From Gemmatimonadaceae bacterium (GTDB lineage Bacteria > Gemmatimonadota > Gemmatimonadetes > Gemmatimonadales > Gemmatimonadaceae), in the NCBI GenBank assembly GCA_043753735.1, contig JAYUWD010000207.1, forward strand, positions 1 to 45,007: a stretch of DNA of 45,007 nt, given 5' to 3'. The translations under genes and the position numbers were made by a program. Below, one piece after another: positions 9,081-17,740 of this stretch (its first letter is position 1; every line of letters starts with the position of its first letter). Under the pieces are notes generated by a model, which was not told the origin of the DNA, did no database searches, and worked only from the letters and a program-made list of their open reading frames with translations.

Positions 9081-9194
9081 CTGAAGTGTCGAGTTGGCAG
9101 TTCGGGTTTCCAGTCGCCAGTGCAAGCGCCCGCCCTTCGCGACGAGCCCCGCCCACCCCGACTTGTAACCCGCAACTCGAACTCACCGCTCAGC
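9080..9194. repeat. Imperfect inverted repeat built from degenerate 7-mers
   Basis: GAGTTGGCAGTTCGGGTTTCCAGTCG (9091-9116) is near-complementary to CGACTTGTAACCCGCAACTCGAACTC (9159-9184). Confidence 0.6.
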
Positions 9195-9243
9195 AGTGCG
9201 CAGTTCTCAGCCCCAACGCCGCGGTCGCTCTTGACCGCCTGCC

Positions 9244-11037
9244 ATGTTCGCTCGTCCTGTCAGGATACCCCCTGTCCGCCGAGCCCAAGTGTCCGTTTCC
9301 TACCGCACCCCCATCTCCTCCCAGCCCGCGCTCGTTGACGAGGAGCGCGCTAAGGATGTCGCAACCTTCCGGGTCGCGGCCCATCGTCGCTTCTGGAGCA
9401 CCATCTTCATCGCCGGCGTGCTCATTGCCGGGATGCGCCTGGGTTTGGCCGAAGTGTCGATTACCAGCATCATCGCGTTGTTCTGCGTTGCCATCGGTGC
9501 GAACTGGCTGCTCGCGCTTGTCGGGTCTCGTGCCGATTGGTATCGCTGGTGGTTGCGTCATGTCTTTGCTGTCTTCGACACCGTTCTGATCAGCAGCGTC
9601 GTCTATTTGTTCGGCTCGCCCGTGCTGGTGCTGATGTACATCCTGGCGATCGTACCCTACTCGTTCGACCGCGGGCCGGTACTCGGTTATGTCACGACCC
9701 TCGCGTCTGCGACGGGCTTTCTGGTCGCAAGCTGGGGTTATGCCTACGGACGACCTGCTGATGCGGCACCGTGGCCCCAGGTGCTGCTGGCGGCCGTGCT
9801 GCTGCTGGTCGTCGCGCAGCAGGTCATTCGGATGCCGTCTCGGCTGATCACACGCATTCGTCGTACACGAGAGCGCATGGCCCAGGTGGAGCGCGGCGAT
9901 CTGCACGCGCGTGCCGACGCGCGCCACGCCGATGAGTTGGGCTTTCTCGAGCGCAGCTACAATCGCATGCTCGATGATCTGACCATGCTCATTGAAACGA
10001 TGCAGCAGGAGTCGGACGAACTCGCCGCCGTTGCAGTGCAGCTGTACGGATCGGCAAGTGAGTTGCAGCGGCGCGCCGGCGACGTGGCCTCGGGTGCGCA
10101 CTCGTTGCGTGACGAAGTCGCAGAGCAGCGCGCGCGTGCGGGCACCGGCGTGCAGGCGGGCTACCAGGCGCGAGACACAGCCAACGCAACCCGCGTAAAA
10201 GCAGACGCCACGGCACACGACGCCCGCCTCGTCGATCACTCGGCGTCCGCAAGCCGCGAGGCAATCGAACGCGCGGCGCACACGTTGATTCGGGTTGGCG
10301 ACGATGTTGATGCTACCGCGGAACGGGTGCGACTCCTCGCGCCAGCATCGGAGCGTGTGGGTGATTTCGTGGCCACGGTTTCACGCATCGCACGTCAAAC
10401 CAATCTGCTTGCGCTCAACGCGGCAATTGAAGCGTCGCGAGCGGGGGAACACGGGCTTGGGTTTGCGGTTGTTGCCGACGAAATCCGGAAGCTCGCCGGT
10501 GAAAGTGCGCTGGCGGCAAAAAGGATCGCCACGACGGTGCTGCGTGTGCGCGACGACATCGGCGGTGCCGTGCAAGCGATGGATACGACCGCGCGTGAAG
10601 TCGCCGGCGCAGGAACCATTGCGCGCGATGCCACCGCGGCACTCGGTGCGATGGTGGATGGCATTTCGCGTATCGCGGAACAGAGCGGCGAGGTGGCCGC
10701 ACTCGCGCAATCGCAGGCGCAGTTTTCGTTGAACGTTGCTGGCGTGTTCGAAGCCTTCGATGGTTCTGCCGAACGCGCCTCGCAGGCGGCGGTGAAAGCC
10801 GCCGAAGGCGCAGCCGCGCAACGAATGAGCATCGATGAACTGTCGCGCAGTGCTGCACAGCTTTCCCAGACGGCGGCGCGGATGCGAGCATTGGTGTTGC
10901 GGCACACGGCGGAGCATATGGTGGTGCGTCCTGACGACGATGCATCATCCAGCCGCGCGGGTTCAACGACGACGGCAAATGCGGGGACGCAGCGCCGATC
11001 GACTGCGGCTGCATCGACTCCGCGCGCCGCCGCATGA
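9244..11037 (+). CDS. Methyl-accepting chemotaxis protein (multi-TM sensor, HAMP, MA domain)
   Basis: [37 protein letters not shown] hairpin tip; HAMP ([13 protein letters not shown]); 5-6 N-terminal TM helices. Start may be GTG 9289. Confidence 0.93.
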   Translation: MFARPVRIPPVRRAQVSVSYRTPISSQPALVDEERAKDVATFRVAAHRRFWSTIFIAGVLIAGMRLGLAEVSITSIIALFCVAIGANWLLALVGSRADWYRWWLRHVFAVFDTVLISSVVYLFGSPVLVLMYILAIVPYSFDRGPVLGYVTTLASATGFLVASWGYAYGRPADAAPWPQVLLAAVLLLVVAQQVIRMPSRLITRIRRTRERMAQVERGDLHARADARHADELGFLERSYNRMLDDLTMLIETMQQESDELAAVAVQLYGSASELQRRAGDVASGAHSLRDEVAEQRARAGTGVQAGYQARDTANATRVKADATAHDARLVDHSASASREAIERAAHTLIRVGDDVDATAERVRLLAPASERVGDFVATVSRIARQTNLLALNAAIEASRAGEHGLGFAVVADEIRKLAGESALAAKRIATTVLRVRDDIGGAVQAMDTTAREVAGAGTIARDATAALGAMVDGISRIAEQSGEVAALAQSQAQFSLNVAGVFEAFDGSAERASQAAVKAAEGAAAQRMSIDELSRSAAQLSQTAARMRALVLRHTAEHMVVRPDDDASSSRAGSTTTANAGTQRRSTAAASTPRAAA

Positions 11038-11116
11038 CACGGCACCGTTTATCGACGTGCCGCGGCGTGCCATGACACGCCGACGCGTGCACGTATTCGC
11101 ACACCGGGAATTCAGG

Positions 11117-12040
11117 TCAGCTGGTCGTCGGGTGCCGCAGGGTGCTCCACTGTGGCGTCACCGTGAACGGTTCAAAGCGCTGTAGTGCATCGCGATACGG
11201 CAGCACAAGATCATGACGCATCCGATCGAGCATACCTTCACCGTCATATGCGCGCCGGAATTCTACGGCCGAACATTGCAGCAATGATTGCACATGACGC
11301 GAAAAACTTTGTGGCGATGAATACTCGAGATGATAGGCGATGTGCGTGATGCTGAGCCCAGGATTCTCGAACAAGCGCGCGGCGCGCACGAGACGCGCCA
11401 TGGCAAGGTAGCGCTTGGGTGCGGGCAGTCGGGCACGAAAGAAGCGACTCATGAAGGTGCTGGGGAGCACGCCCATGCCTCGTGCGAGCTGTCGCACCGT
11501 GGTGACTGATGGTGGCGACATGAAGAGCGCTTCGATGAAGCGTTGACAGTCTTGCGGCAGGTTGGGGAGGTCAGCGCTGATACGCGTGATCGCCATGCGC
11601 TCGATACTTTCGCCACGCTCGCTCGCCACCAGTTGCCGGAGCTCGCGCCACCCTTTCGGATCACGGACGTCGACGAGCGCACGCACGCCGTGTTGTCCGA
11701 GTGCGAGCAGCGATTGTGTCGTGCGCGGTTCGGTCGTGGTAAGCAGTGCGACGGCGGGTATGCGTGGAAACTCCCGCACCATGCGCGCGACCTGTGTGGC
11801 GTGCTGGGTCTGGTACCGCGCGACCGAGACGAGTACCGCGGCGACCCGTTGTGTGCGCAGATCGACGAGCAGCTCGTCGAGACTTTCGCGATGCAGTGTT
11901 TTGTAGCATCCCTCTCCCGCGGCATCGACACGCTGACGTTCAGCCGGCGTCAAAAAGGTGGCTACCGCACCATCGGCGCGGAGCGGGGCGAGGCCGGTTG
12001 CGTGCGCGACCGTGTTGTGTGGAACGACATTGGAACTCAT
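11117..12040 (-). CDS. AraC-family transcriptional regulator with receiver-like N-terminus
   Basis: C-terminal tandem HTH (TVRQLARGMGV.PSTF..RF; SITHIAYHLEYSSPQSFSRH). ATG 12040 has a GAGG RBS; the longer ORF-track call runs through rnpB. Confidence 0.85.
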   Translation of the reverse strand: MSSNVVPHNTVAHATGLAPLRADGAVATFLTPAERQRVDAAGEGCYKTLHRESLDELLVDLRTQRVAAVLVSVARYQTQHATQVARMVREFPRIPAVALLTTTEPRTTQSLLALGQHGVRALVDVRDPKGWRELRQLVASERGESIERMAITRISADLPNLPQDCQRFIEALFMSPPSVTTVRQLARGMGVLPSTFMSRFFRARLPAPKRYLAMARLVRAARLFENPGLSITHIAYHLEYSSPQSFSRHVQSLLQCSAVEFRRAYDGEGMLDRMRHDLVLPYRDALQRFEPFTVTPQWSTLRHPTTS

Positions 12041-12219
12041 GGCGCCTCGCGCGTTTAGTGGACATGCAGTCCTGCTCGTGAGGTCCGGATTGATGTTGGC
12101 GAGTCTAGGCTGTGACGTCAGCGTACTGTCACTGCTTCGCGACAGCTTGATTGACCGTGCGCGCTTTTTCTGGCGTTCACGATGATGACGCGTGCAATAC
12201 AGCGCGCTATGTTGTGAGT

Positions 12220-12636
12220 ACGGGTAGGTCGTCGGCCGGACGGTCGCGACGAGGAAGGCGCAAGCTGGAATCGCCGAGGAAAGTCCGGGCTCCACAGGGC
12301 AGGTTGCCAGGTAACGCCTGGGCACATGCGGCGTGAGCTTCATGTGACGGACAGTGCAACAGAAAGCAGACCGCCGTTGCGAAAGCAGTGGTAAGGGTGA
12401 AACGGTGGGGTAAGAGCCCACCGCGTCAGTGGCAACATTGGCGGCGAGGCAAACCCCAGCCGGAGCAAGGCCAAATAAGCGGTGAGAGACGGCCCGTCTC
12501 GAAAGGGCGTCGCAAGACGTCGAGCCGCGGGTAGGCTGCTGGAGCGTTCGGGTGACTGAACGCCGAGAGGAATGACCGTCCGTTGCATGCAAATGCATCG
12601 ACAGAACCCGGCTTACAGGCCGGCGATCGCCCCGTA
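12220..12636 (+). ncRNA. rnpB: RNase P RNA (bacterial type A)
   Basis: Universal motifs GAGGAAAGTCCGGGCT, AGTGCAACAGAAA, GGTGAAACGG, GGCAAACCCC, GAGCAAG, ACAGAACCCGGCTTA. P1: GGTCGTCGGCC (12227) pairs with GGCCGGCGATC (12618). TATGTT -10 at 12208. Confidence 0.97.
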
Positions 12637-12744
12637 CACTTTGGTCCAATGTTCCGTGGGAACGGCAGCAGTATTTGGGGGTGCATGTTCAATTCGATGT
12701 TCCGTCGCAGCTCGTGCCGTTTTAGTCCCGGTCTGAACAGCTCG

Positions 12745-13686
12745 ATGCGTCGGCATGGCGAGGGTGCGCGAACCGTGGCGTTGGCGATCGTGACGGCGGC
12801 CGCTGTGAGTGCGTGTGGACGCACTGCAGCGCCATCGCCGGTTGCGGCCGCTGCACCGGTGCCAGTCGCGCCCGCCGCCGTGGCGCCATTGCCACCGCGC
12901 TTGGAGTTGGCCAGCATCGTCGTCGAACGGCGCTACGATGTGCGCTCGAGCGCGCGCATCGAGCGCGACAGTGCGGGACGCAAGGACGAACAGCGGGTCG
13001 AAAGCCAAGGTGTCGTCACCTGGTCGCTCCAACGCTCCGCTGACGGGTCCCTTCGTGGCAGCGGACGTGTCGATTCTTTTGTCGTGCGCATCGAAGGCGC
13101 GGGCGCGTCTCCGCCCGTCAGTCAGGCAGCAGCGGCCACCAAGTTGCCGCCAGCGGCGCGCATGGGTGCGACCGTGGCGTTCGATGCCATACTGGACGCC
13201 ATCAGTGTGCGAGTCGTGACCCGACCACCACTCGCCAACGAATGTGATCGCCCTGAGGCAGCCGCCACGGCGCTGGTTCGCGACCTGCTTGTGCGTATAC
13301 CAGCTACGGTTGCCAGCGGCGACCGTTGGCGCGACAGCACCGTCAGCATCATCTGTCGCGTGGGAATTGCAATCACTGTCCGTTCGCAACACGAGTACCT
13401 GCTCGAACGCATCGAAAAATCGGCATCGACAGCAACGCTGGTCATCACGCGCGTCACCAACACGCGCCTGGAAGGCAAGTTGGGTTCAGCTTGGCGCGCC
13501 CTCGAGCTCGCGGGCAGCGGAACCGAAACAGACAACGCCCGTGTCGACGTGACCACGGGCGCCCTGTTGCTGCTGGATGGACAAGGAACGCTGACGTTAC
13601 AATTGACCGACCGTAGCCGACCCAACACACCGCGCACACAACGGATCACGCAACAGCTGACGACACACGCTGAAGTGAAGCCGTGA
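12745..13686 (+). CDS. Hypothetical lipoprotein (beta-strand rich)
   Basis: MRRHGEGARTVALAIVTAAAVSAC lipobox, Pro/Ala linker, alternating-pattern beta strands, two further Cys. Confidence 0.7.
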   Translation: MRRHGEGARTVALAIVTAAAVSACGRTAAPSPVAAAAPVPVAPAAVAPLPPRLELASIVVERRYDVRSSARIERDSAGRKDEQRVESQGVVTWSLQRSADGSLRGSGRVDSFVVRIEGAGASPPVSQAAAATKLPPAARMGATVAFDAILDAISVRVVTRPPLANECDRPEAAATALVRDLLVRIPATVASGDRWRDSTVSIICRVGIAITVRSQHEYLLERIEKSASTATLVITRVTNTRLEGKLGSAWRALELAGSGTETDNARVDVTTGALLLLDGQGTLTLQLTDRSRPNTPRTQRITQQLTTHAEVKP

Positions 13687-13712
13687 TGGGGCAGCCGGAC
13701 GGGTGACCAACC

Positions 13713-14825
13713 TCAGTCCATCAGGCGAAGTGGCATAACCAGGCAGAGATACTTGGAAGGATCATCCCACCCTTCCGGCTCGATGGTCGCGGCACGTTCC
13801 GGTGCTTTGAAGGTCAGGCGAATCTGCTCGGTCGGCATGTAGCGCAAGATTTCGAGCAGGTACGTCGCATTGAAACCGATGTCGAGCTGATCGCCGGTGT
13901 ATTGCACCGGCAGTTCGTCTTGTGCTTCGCCCAGGTCGGGGGTGGTCACACTGAACTTCAGCATGCCGGAGTTGAAGGACATCTTGATGCGATGGGTCTG
14001 ATCTGACGCAATGACGCTCATCCGTTTGAGCGCACTTGTGAGCGCGGCTTTGTCGGCCAGACAATAGCGATCGTTGTCCTTCGGAATCACCTGTTCGTAG
14101 TTGGGATACGGCCCTTCGACGAGGCGTGTGTACACCGACGTGAACGGCGAACGGAAACCGAGATGATTGTCGCCGCGTGCGATCTCGAGTTCTTCTTCGG
14201 CCGGAAAGAGGCGCTTGATCTGCTCCAGCGCTTTTGGTGGCACGATGAGATCACTGGACGGTGCGGTGCTGCCCTCGACGGGAACTTCCATTTTTGCGAG
14301 ACGATGCCCGTTGGTGGCAACCATGCGCATCTTGTCGTCGCGCAATTCCCAGAGCACCCCGTTGAGAATGGGACGCGATTCCTCGGTGCTGACGGCGAAT
14401 GCGGTGTGGTGAATGAGCTTCTGCAATTCCCCGGATTTCACGCGCCATGCATCCTGAAAACGAACGCTCGGAAAGGTCGGAAATTCGTCGCGCGGAAGTC
14501 CCAGCAGTTTGAATTTCGCGCGGCCACATTCGAGCGTAATGCGCTGCTCACCGCTGGCGGCGATCTTCACCGGCGAGGGCGGCAACTCGCGCACGATTTC
14601 GCTGAGCTTCTTGGCTGGGATCGTGATTGCGCCGGCGGTTTCGACATCGGCGACAACCTCGGTGCTGACCGCGATGTCAAGGTCCGTGGCGGACAGGCGA
14701 ATGCCCCGCTCCGTCGTTTCGACGAGCAGGTTGGCGAGCACCGGCAGTGTGGTCTTGGCCGGTACAGCTGGCGTGACCGCCTGGAGCCCTTCGAGGAGTT
14801 TCTCGCGCGAGATTGTGAAGCGCAT
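13713..14825 (-). CDS. dnaN: DNA polymerase III beta sliding clamp
   Basis: SATDL, VATNGHRL, GPYPNYEQVIP, IGFNATYL and terminal VMPLRL; 370 aa; downstream of dnaA. Confidence 0.98.
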   Translation of the reverse strand: MRFTISREKLLEGLQAVTPAVPAKTTLPVLANLLVETTERGIRLSATDLDIAVSTEVVADVETAGAITIPAKKLSEIVRELPPSPVKIAASGEQRITLECGRAKFKLLGLPRDEFPTFPSVRFQDAWRVKSGELQKLIHHTAFAVSTEESRPILNGVLWELRDDKMRMVATNGHRLAKMEVPVEGSTAPSSDLIVPPKALEQIKRLFPAEEELEIARGDNHLGFRSPFTSVYTRLVEGPYPNYEQVIPKDNDRYCLADKAALTSALKRMSVIASDQTHRIKMSFNSGMLKFSVTTPDLGEAQDELPVQYTGDQLDIGFNATYLLEILRYMPTEQIRLTFKAPERAATIEPEGWDDPSKYLCLVMPLRLMD

Positions 14826-15058
14826 GCGGGTGTTTTTGCCCGTTCTGTGGAGTGACTGCTGTTAGAAGTACTCTTAGATAAAAAACAGGTAGTAGCAGTA
14901 GGGCGTGTGGAATTGTCTACAAGCGCTGCAACCTACGTCCAGCGAAGCACTTTCGCCACGCCTCCTGATGTGCATTCGATGTCGAGCGTTGTCGGTATTC
15001 ACCGCGCATCCACTTGGCGCGTGTTGCAAACTGTGGACTGCTGTGGAATCTCGGGGAC
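14826..15058. other. Putative replication origin oriC (unwinding site)
   Basis: Minus strand TTGTAGACA-ATTCCACA-CGCC-CTACTGCTACTA-CCTG-TTTTTTATCTAAGA: tandem DnaA boxes (14906-14922), GC spacer, DnaA-trios (14890-14901), AT-rich tract (14862-14885). Further degenerate TGTGGA boxes at 14846, 15032 and 15042. Confidence 0.85.
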
Positions 15059-16477
15059 TCAGGTGCCCAGTTGTCCGGTTGTCCTCAGTGTTTCCAACAT
15101 CCCTCGAACCTTCAGTACGCGATCGGCAAAACCGGGCTCACCGGCCATGTCCTCGGCAACGCGATCGAGGGAATGAATGACCGTCGAGTGGTCGCGTCCA
15201 CCGAACGCGTTGCCGATTTCGACCAGCTGCAGCGCCAACAGCTCGCGACAGAGGTACATCGCGACCTGGCGAGGCCCTGTGAGCTGTTTGGTGCGGGTTT
15301 TGGAACGTAGTCCGTCTGGCGTGACGCCCCACTCGCGCGATACCACCTGCTGAATGGTGGCGACGGTGATCGAGGTAGGAGGGATTTCCGGGAATTCAGA
15401 GCTCGAGGCGCCACGCAGTTTGTCGCGCAGCGCTTCTCGTGCAAGTTCGACGGAGATATCGCGGTGCTTGAGGGACGCGTAGGCGAGCAGCTTGATGATC
15501 GAACCTTCGAGCTCGCGCACCGACGACTTCACATGCTGTGCGATGAACTCGATGACTTCGTCGGGAATGGTGAGTTCGAGGTGATCGAGACTCGCCTTCT
15601 TTTTCAGGATGGCGATGCGGTGTTCAAGGTCGGGGGCATCGATATTCGCCACCATTCCCCATTCAAACCGGGAGACAAGGCGCGATTCGAGCCCCGGGAT
15701 CTCCTTGGGCGGCCGATCTGACGTAAGCACGATCTGGCGACCGGCTTCGTAGATAGCGTTGAAGGTGTGGAAGAATTCTTCCTGCGTCGATTCCTTGCCT
15801 TTCAGGAATTGGACGTCGTCGACCAGCAGGAGATCAATTTCCCGAAAGCGACGGCGGAAATCCCCCATCTGCCCGGTTTGAATCGCCGATACGAACTCGT
15901 TGGTGAACTGCTCGGTCCCGACGTAGGCCAGTCGGAGCGAGGGTGTTCGAAGGAGCAGCTCGTGCGCGATGCCCTGCATGAGGTGCGTTTTGCCCAACCC
16001 CGTTTCGCCGTAGATGAACAGCGGGTTGTACACTTTGCCGGGCGCCTGCGCTGCGGCTTGTGCTGCGGCTGCGGCGACGTCGTTCGATCTGCCGATCACA
16101 AACTGGTCAAAGGTGTATCTCGGGTTTAGTGGCGTCGAGATACGCCATTGCTGTTGCTTTGGTGTCGGAGGCTGTGGTGCGGCTGGGGGAGCGACGAACA
16201 TGTCCATCTGCACGCGTCCCACACGTTCCTCGTGCACTTTGAAGCGAACTTTGAGCGGATGGCCGAGTGCGACCGGTGCGAAGCTGGCGAGCAGATCGGC
16301 GTGTTTGGACTCGTTCCAATCTGCCGAAAACTGGTCGGGCGAGCCGACCATGAGCGTGCCCCCTTCGACGGCCAGCGCTTCGGTGGGCTCCAACCAGGTG
16401 CGATATGTCTGCTCCGGCAGCACTTGGCGCGCACGCTGGCGCAGGCGGTCCCAGAGTTCGGCTGGAGAGAGGGACAT
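15059..16477 (-). CDS. dnaA: Chromosomal replication initiator DnaA
   Basis: YNPLFIYGETGLGKTHL (Walker A), LLLVDDVQF (Walker B), QEEFFHTFN, RLVSRF, VRELEG, GGRDHSTVIH. Confidence 0.99.
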   Translation of the reverse strand: MSLSPAELWDRLRQRARQVLPEQTYRTWLEPTEALAVEGGTLMVGSPDQFSADWNESKHADLLASFAPVALGHPLKVRFKVHEERVGRVQMDMFVAPPAAPQPPTPKQQQWRISTPLNPRYTFDQFVIGRSNDVAAAAAQAAAQAPGKVYNPLFIYGETGLGKTHLMQGIAHELLLRTPSLRLAYVGTEQFTNEFVSAIQTGQMGDFRRRFREIDLLLVDDVQFLKGKESTQEEFFHTFNAIYEAGRQIVLTSDRPPKEIPGLESRLVSRFEWGMVANIDAPDLEHRIAILKKKASLDHLELTIPDEVIEFIAQHVKSSVRELEGSIIKLLAYASLKHRDISVELAREALRDKLRGASSSEFPEIPPTSITVATIQQVVSREWGVTPDGLRSKTRTKQLTGPRQVAMYLCRELLALQLVEIGNAFGGRDHSTVIHSLDRVAEDMAGEPGFADRVLKVRGMLETLRTTGQLGT

Positions 16478-16574
16478 TCAGGGAGGCGGAGAGGACGAAA
16501 ACGGGCATGGGCGGCGCCGAAGGCACGGCCGAGTGAGCGGGCTGACCGAACCGCTGAGCACACCGCGGGGGGCG

Positions 16575-16604
16575 AAGCTACCGCCCCGGATGTGGATAAG
16601 TCAA
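16575..16604 (-). promoter_or_regulatory. dnaA sigma70 promoter overlapped by a perfect DnaA box
   Basis: TTGACT-N18-TAGCTT on the minus strand; TTATCCACA (16591-16599) overlaps the -35/spacer, the classic autorepression layout. Confidence 0.8.
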
Positions 16605-16655
16605 TTGCGTGACGTGCGTTGGGTTCGTGAGTGGAGGCAAGAGAGGGCTTTGGAC

Positions 16656-16685
16656 TTGACCGAAAGCCATAGCCGAGCATAGGTT
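16656..16685 (+). promoter_or_regulatory. sigma70 promoter of rpmH operon
   Basis: TTGACC-N18-TAGGTT about 107 bp upstream of rpmH. Confidence 0.6.
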
Positions 16686-16792
16686 ACGAGGCTGCACCTT
16701 TCGCCATTTCTACGCTCGATTCAAGCCTGCCGCATTTGGTATCCTTGCAGCGACTGCGAGAACCTGTTCGGCTGTAACCGCACGAGATTCCT

Positions 16793-16957
16793 ATGGGTAA
16801 GCCCACATATCATCCCCGCAACACCAAGCGTCTCCGCAAGCACGGCTTCCGGACGCGCATGGAAGACAAGTGGGGCCGCGCTGTACTGAGCCGTCGCCGC
16901 CGGAAGGGGCGCAAGCGTTTGACCGTTCAGATCCCGTCCAAGTACGCGGGCGTCTGA
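16793..16957 (+). CDS. rpmH: 50S ribosomal protein L34
   Basis: Not in ORF track (54 aa). [54 protein letters not shown]; divergent from dnaA. Confidence 0.97.
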   Translation: MGKPTYHPRNTKRLRKHGFRTRMEDKWGRAVLSRRRRKGRKRLTVQIPSKYAGV

Positions 16958-16985
16958 TTCTCGTTCGTTCCCGCGTGCGCAGCGA

Positions 16986-17417
16986 TTGACGCGCGGGTCC
17001 GAACTCGAGTTGGTTCGACACCAAGGGAAGCGGGTGCGCACGGCCTCGATGGATGTGCGCGCCGTCGCTTCCCTTCGTTTGTTCGCCCGGGTCGGATTCG
17101 TGATTCCCCGCTACAAACATTCGGCGGTCGATCGGAACCGACTCAAACGACGGTTGCGAGAACTGGTGCGTCTGGAGCTTTTGCCAACGCTGCGTCCCAT
17201 GGACGTGGTGCTGCGGGTGGCTCCAGTCGCGTACATACGCACGTTCGAGCTGCTTCGCGCTGAACTACTGATAGCAGCTCGACAGTTGGAAAAAGTTGTC
17301 TTGCCAACCGCGGTTGTCACCGAACGCGAGGGACGGAGTGTCTCGTCGGCTGGCCAGCTGGAGATTGCGAAGCCGCAAACGCTGCCCACTGACACCGCGT
17401 CCCCGAGCGCGCCGTAG
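16986..17417 (+). CDS. rnpA: Ribonuclease P protein component (true start probably upstream)
   Basis: RVGFVIPR...[13 protein letters not shown] (RNR motif); lies between rpmH and yidD. Confidence 0.93.
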   Translation: MTRGSELELVRHQGKRVRTASMDVRAVASLRLFARVGFVIPRYKHSAVDRNRLKRRLRELVRLELLPTLRPMDVVLRVAPVAYIRTFELLRAELLIAARQLEKVVLPTAVVTEREGRSVSSAGQLEIAKPQTLPTDTASPSAP

Positions 17418-17689
17418 TGCAGAAACAAACGAAGAACGTGTCCCAGACACCTTCAGCGATGCGTCTGATTGTGCGCGCACCCAGGACGTTGTTGATCCTG
17501 GCAGTTCGTGGGTACCAGCTGACACTCTCGCCCATCCTGGGCGGCGCTTGCCGCTATTATCCTTCTTGTTCCGCGTACGCGATCGAGGCGCTCGAGCGTC
17601 ATGGTGCGTTGCGCGGCGGATGGTTGGCGCTTCGTCGTATTGGGCGCTGTCATCCTTTCCGGCCCGGGGGCTTCGACCCGGTCCCTTGA
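17417..17689 (+). CDS. yidD: Membrane protein insertion efficiency factor
   Basis: YQ..LSP...[14 protein letters not shown]...HG...[15 protein letters not shown]. Confidence 0.96.
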   Translation: MQKQTKNVSQTPSAMRLIVRAPRTLLILAVRGYQLTLSPILGGACRYYPSCSAYAIEALERHGALRGGWLALRRIGRCHPFRPGGFDPVP

Positions 17690-17740
17690 GCGCGCGGTTG
17701 TCGCGCGATCGAGCCGCCCTCGGCGTACCTCTCTCGACTT

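Noticed and set aside
12041-12649. 200-aa N-terminal extension of the AraC ORF, and ORFs overlapping 12220-12640
   Set aside because: They run across the RNase P RNA gene; the stop-free frames are incidental.
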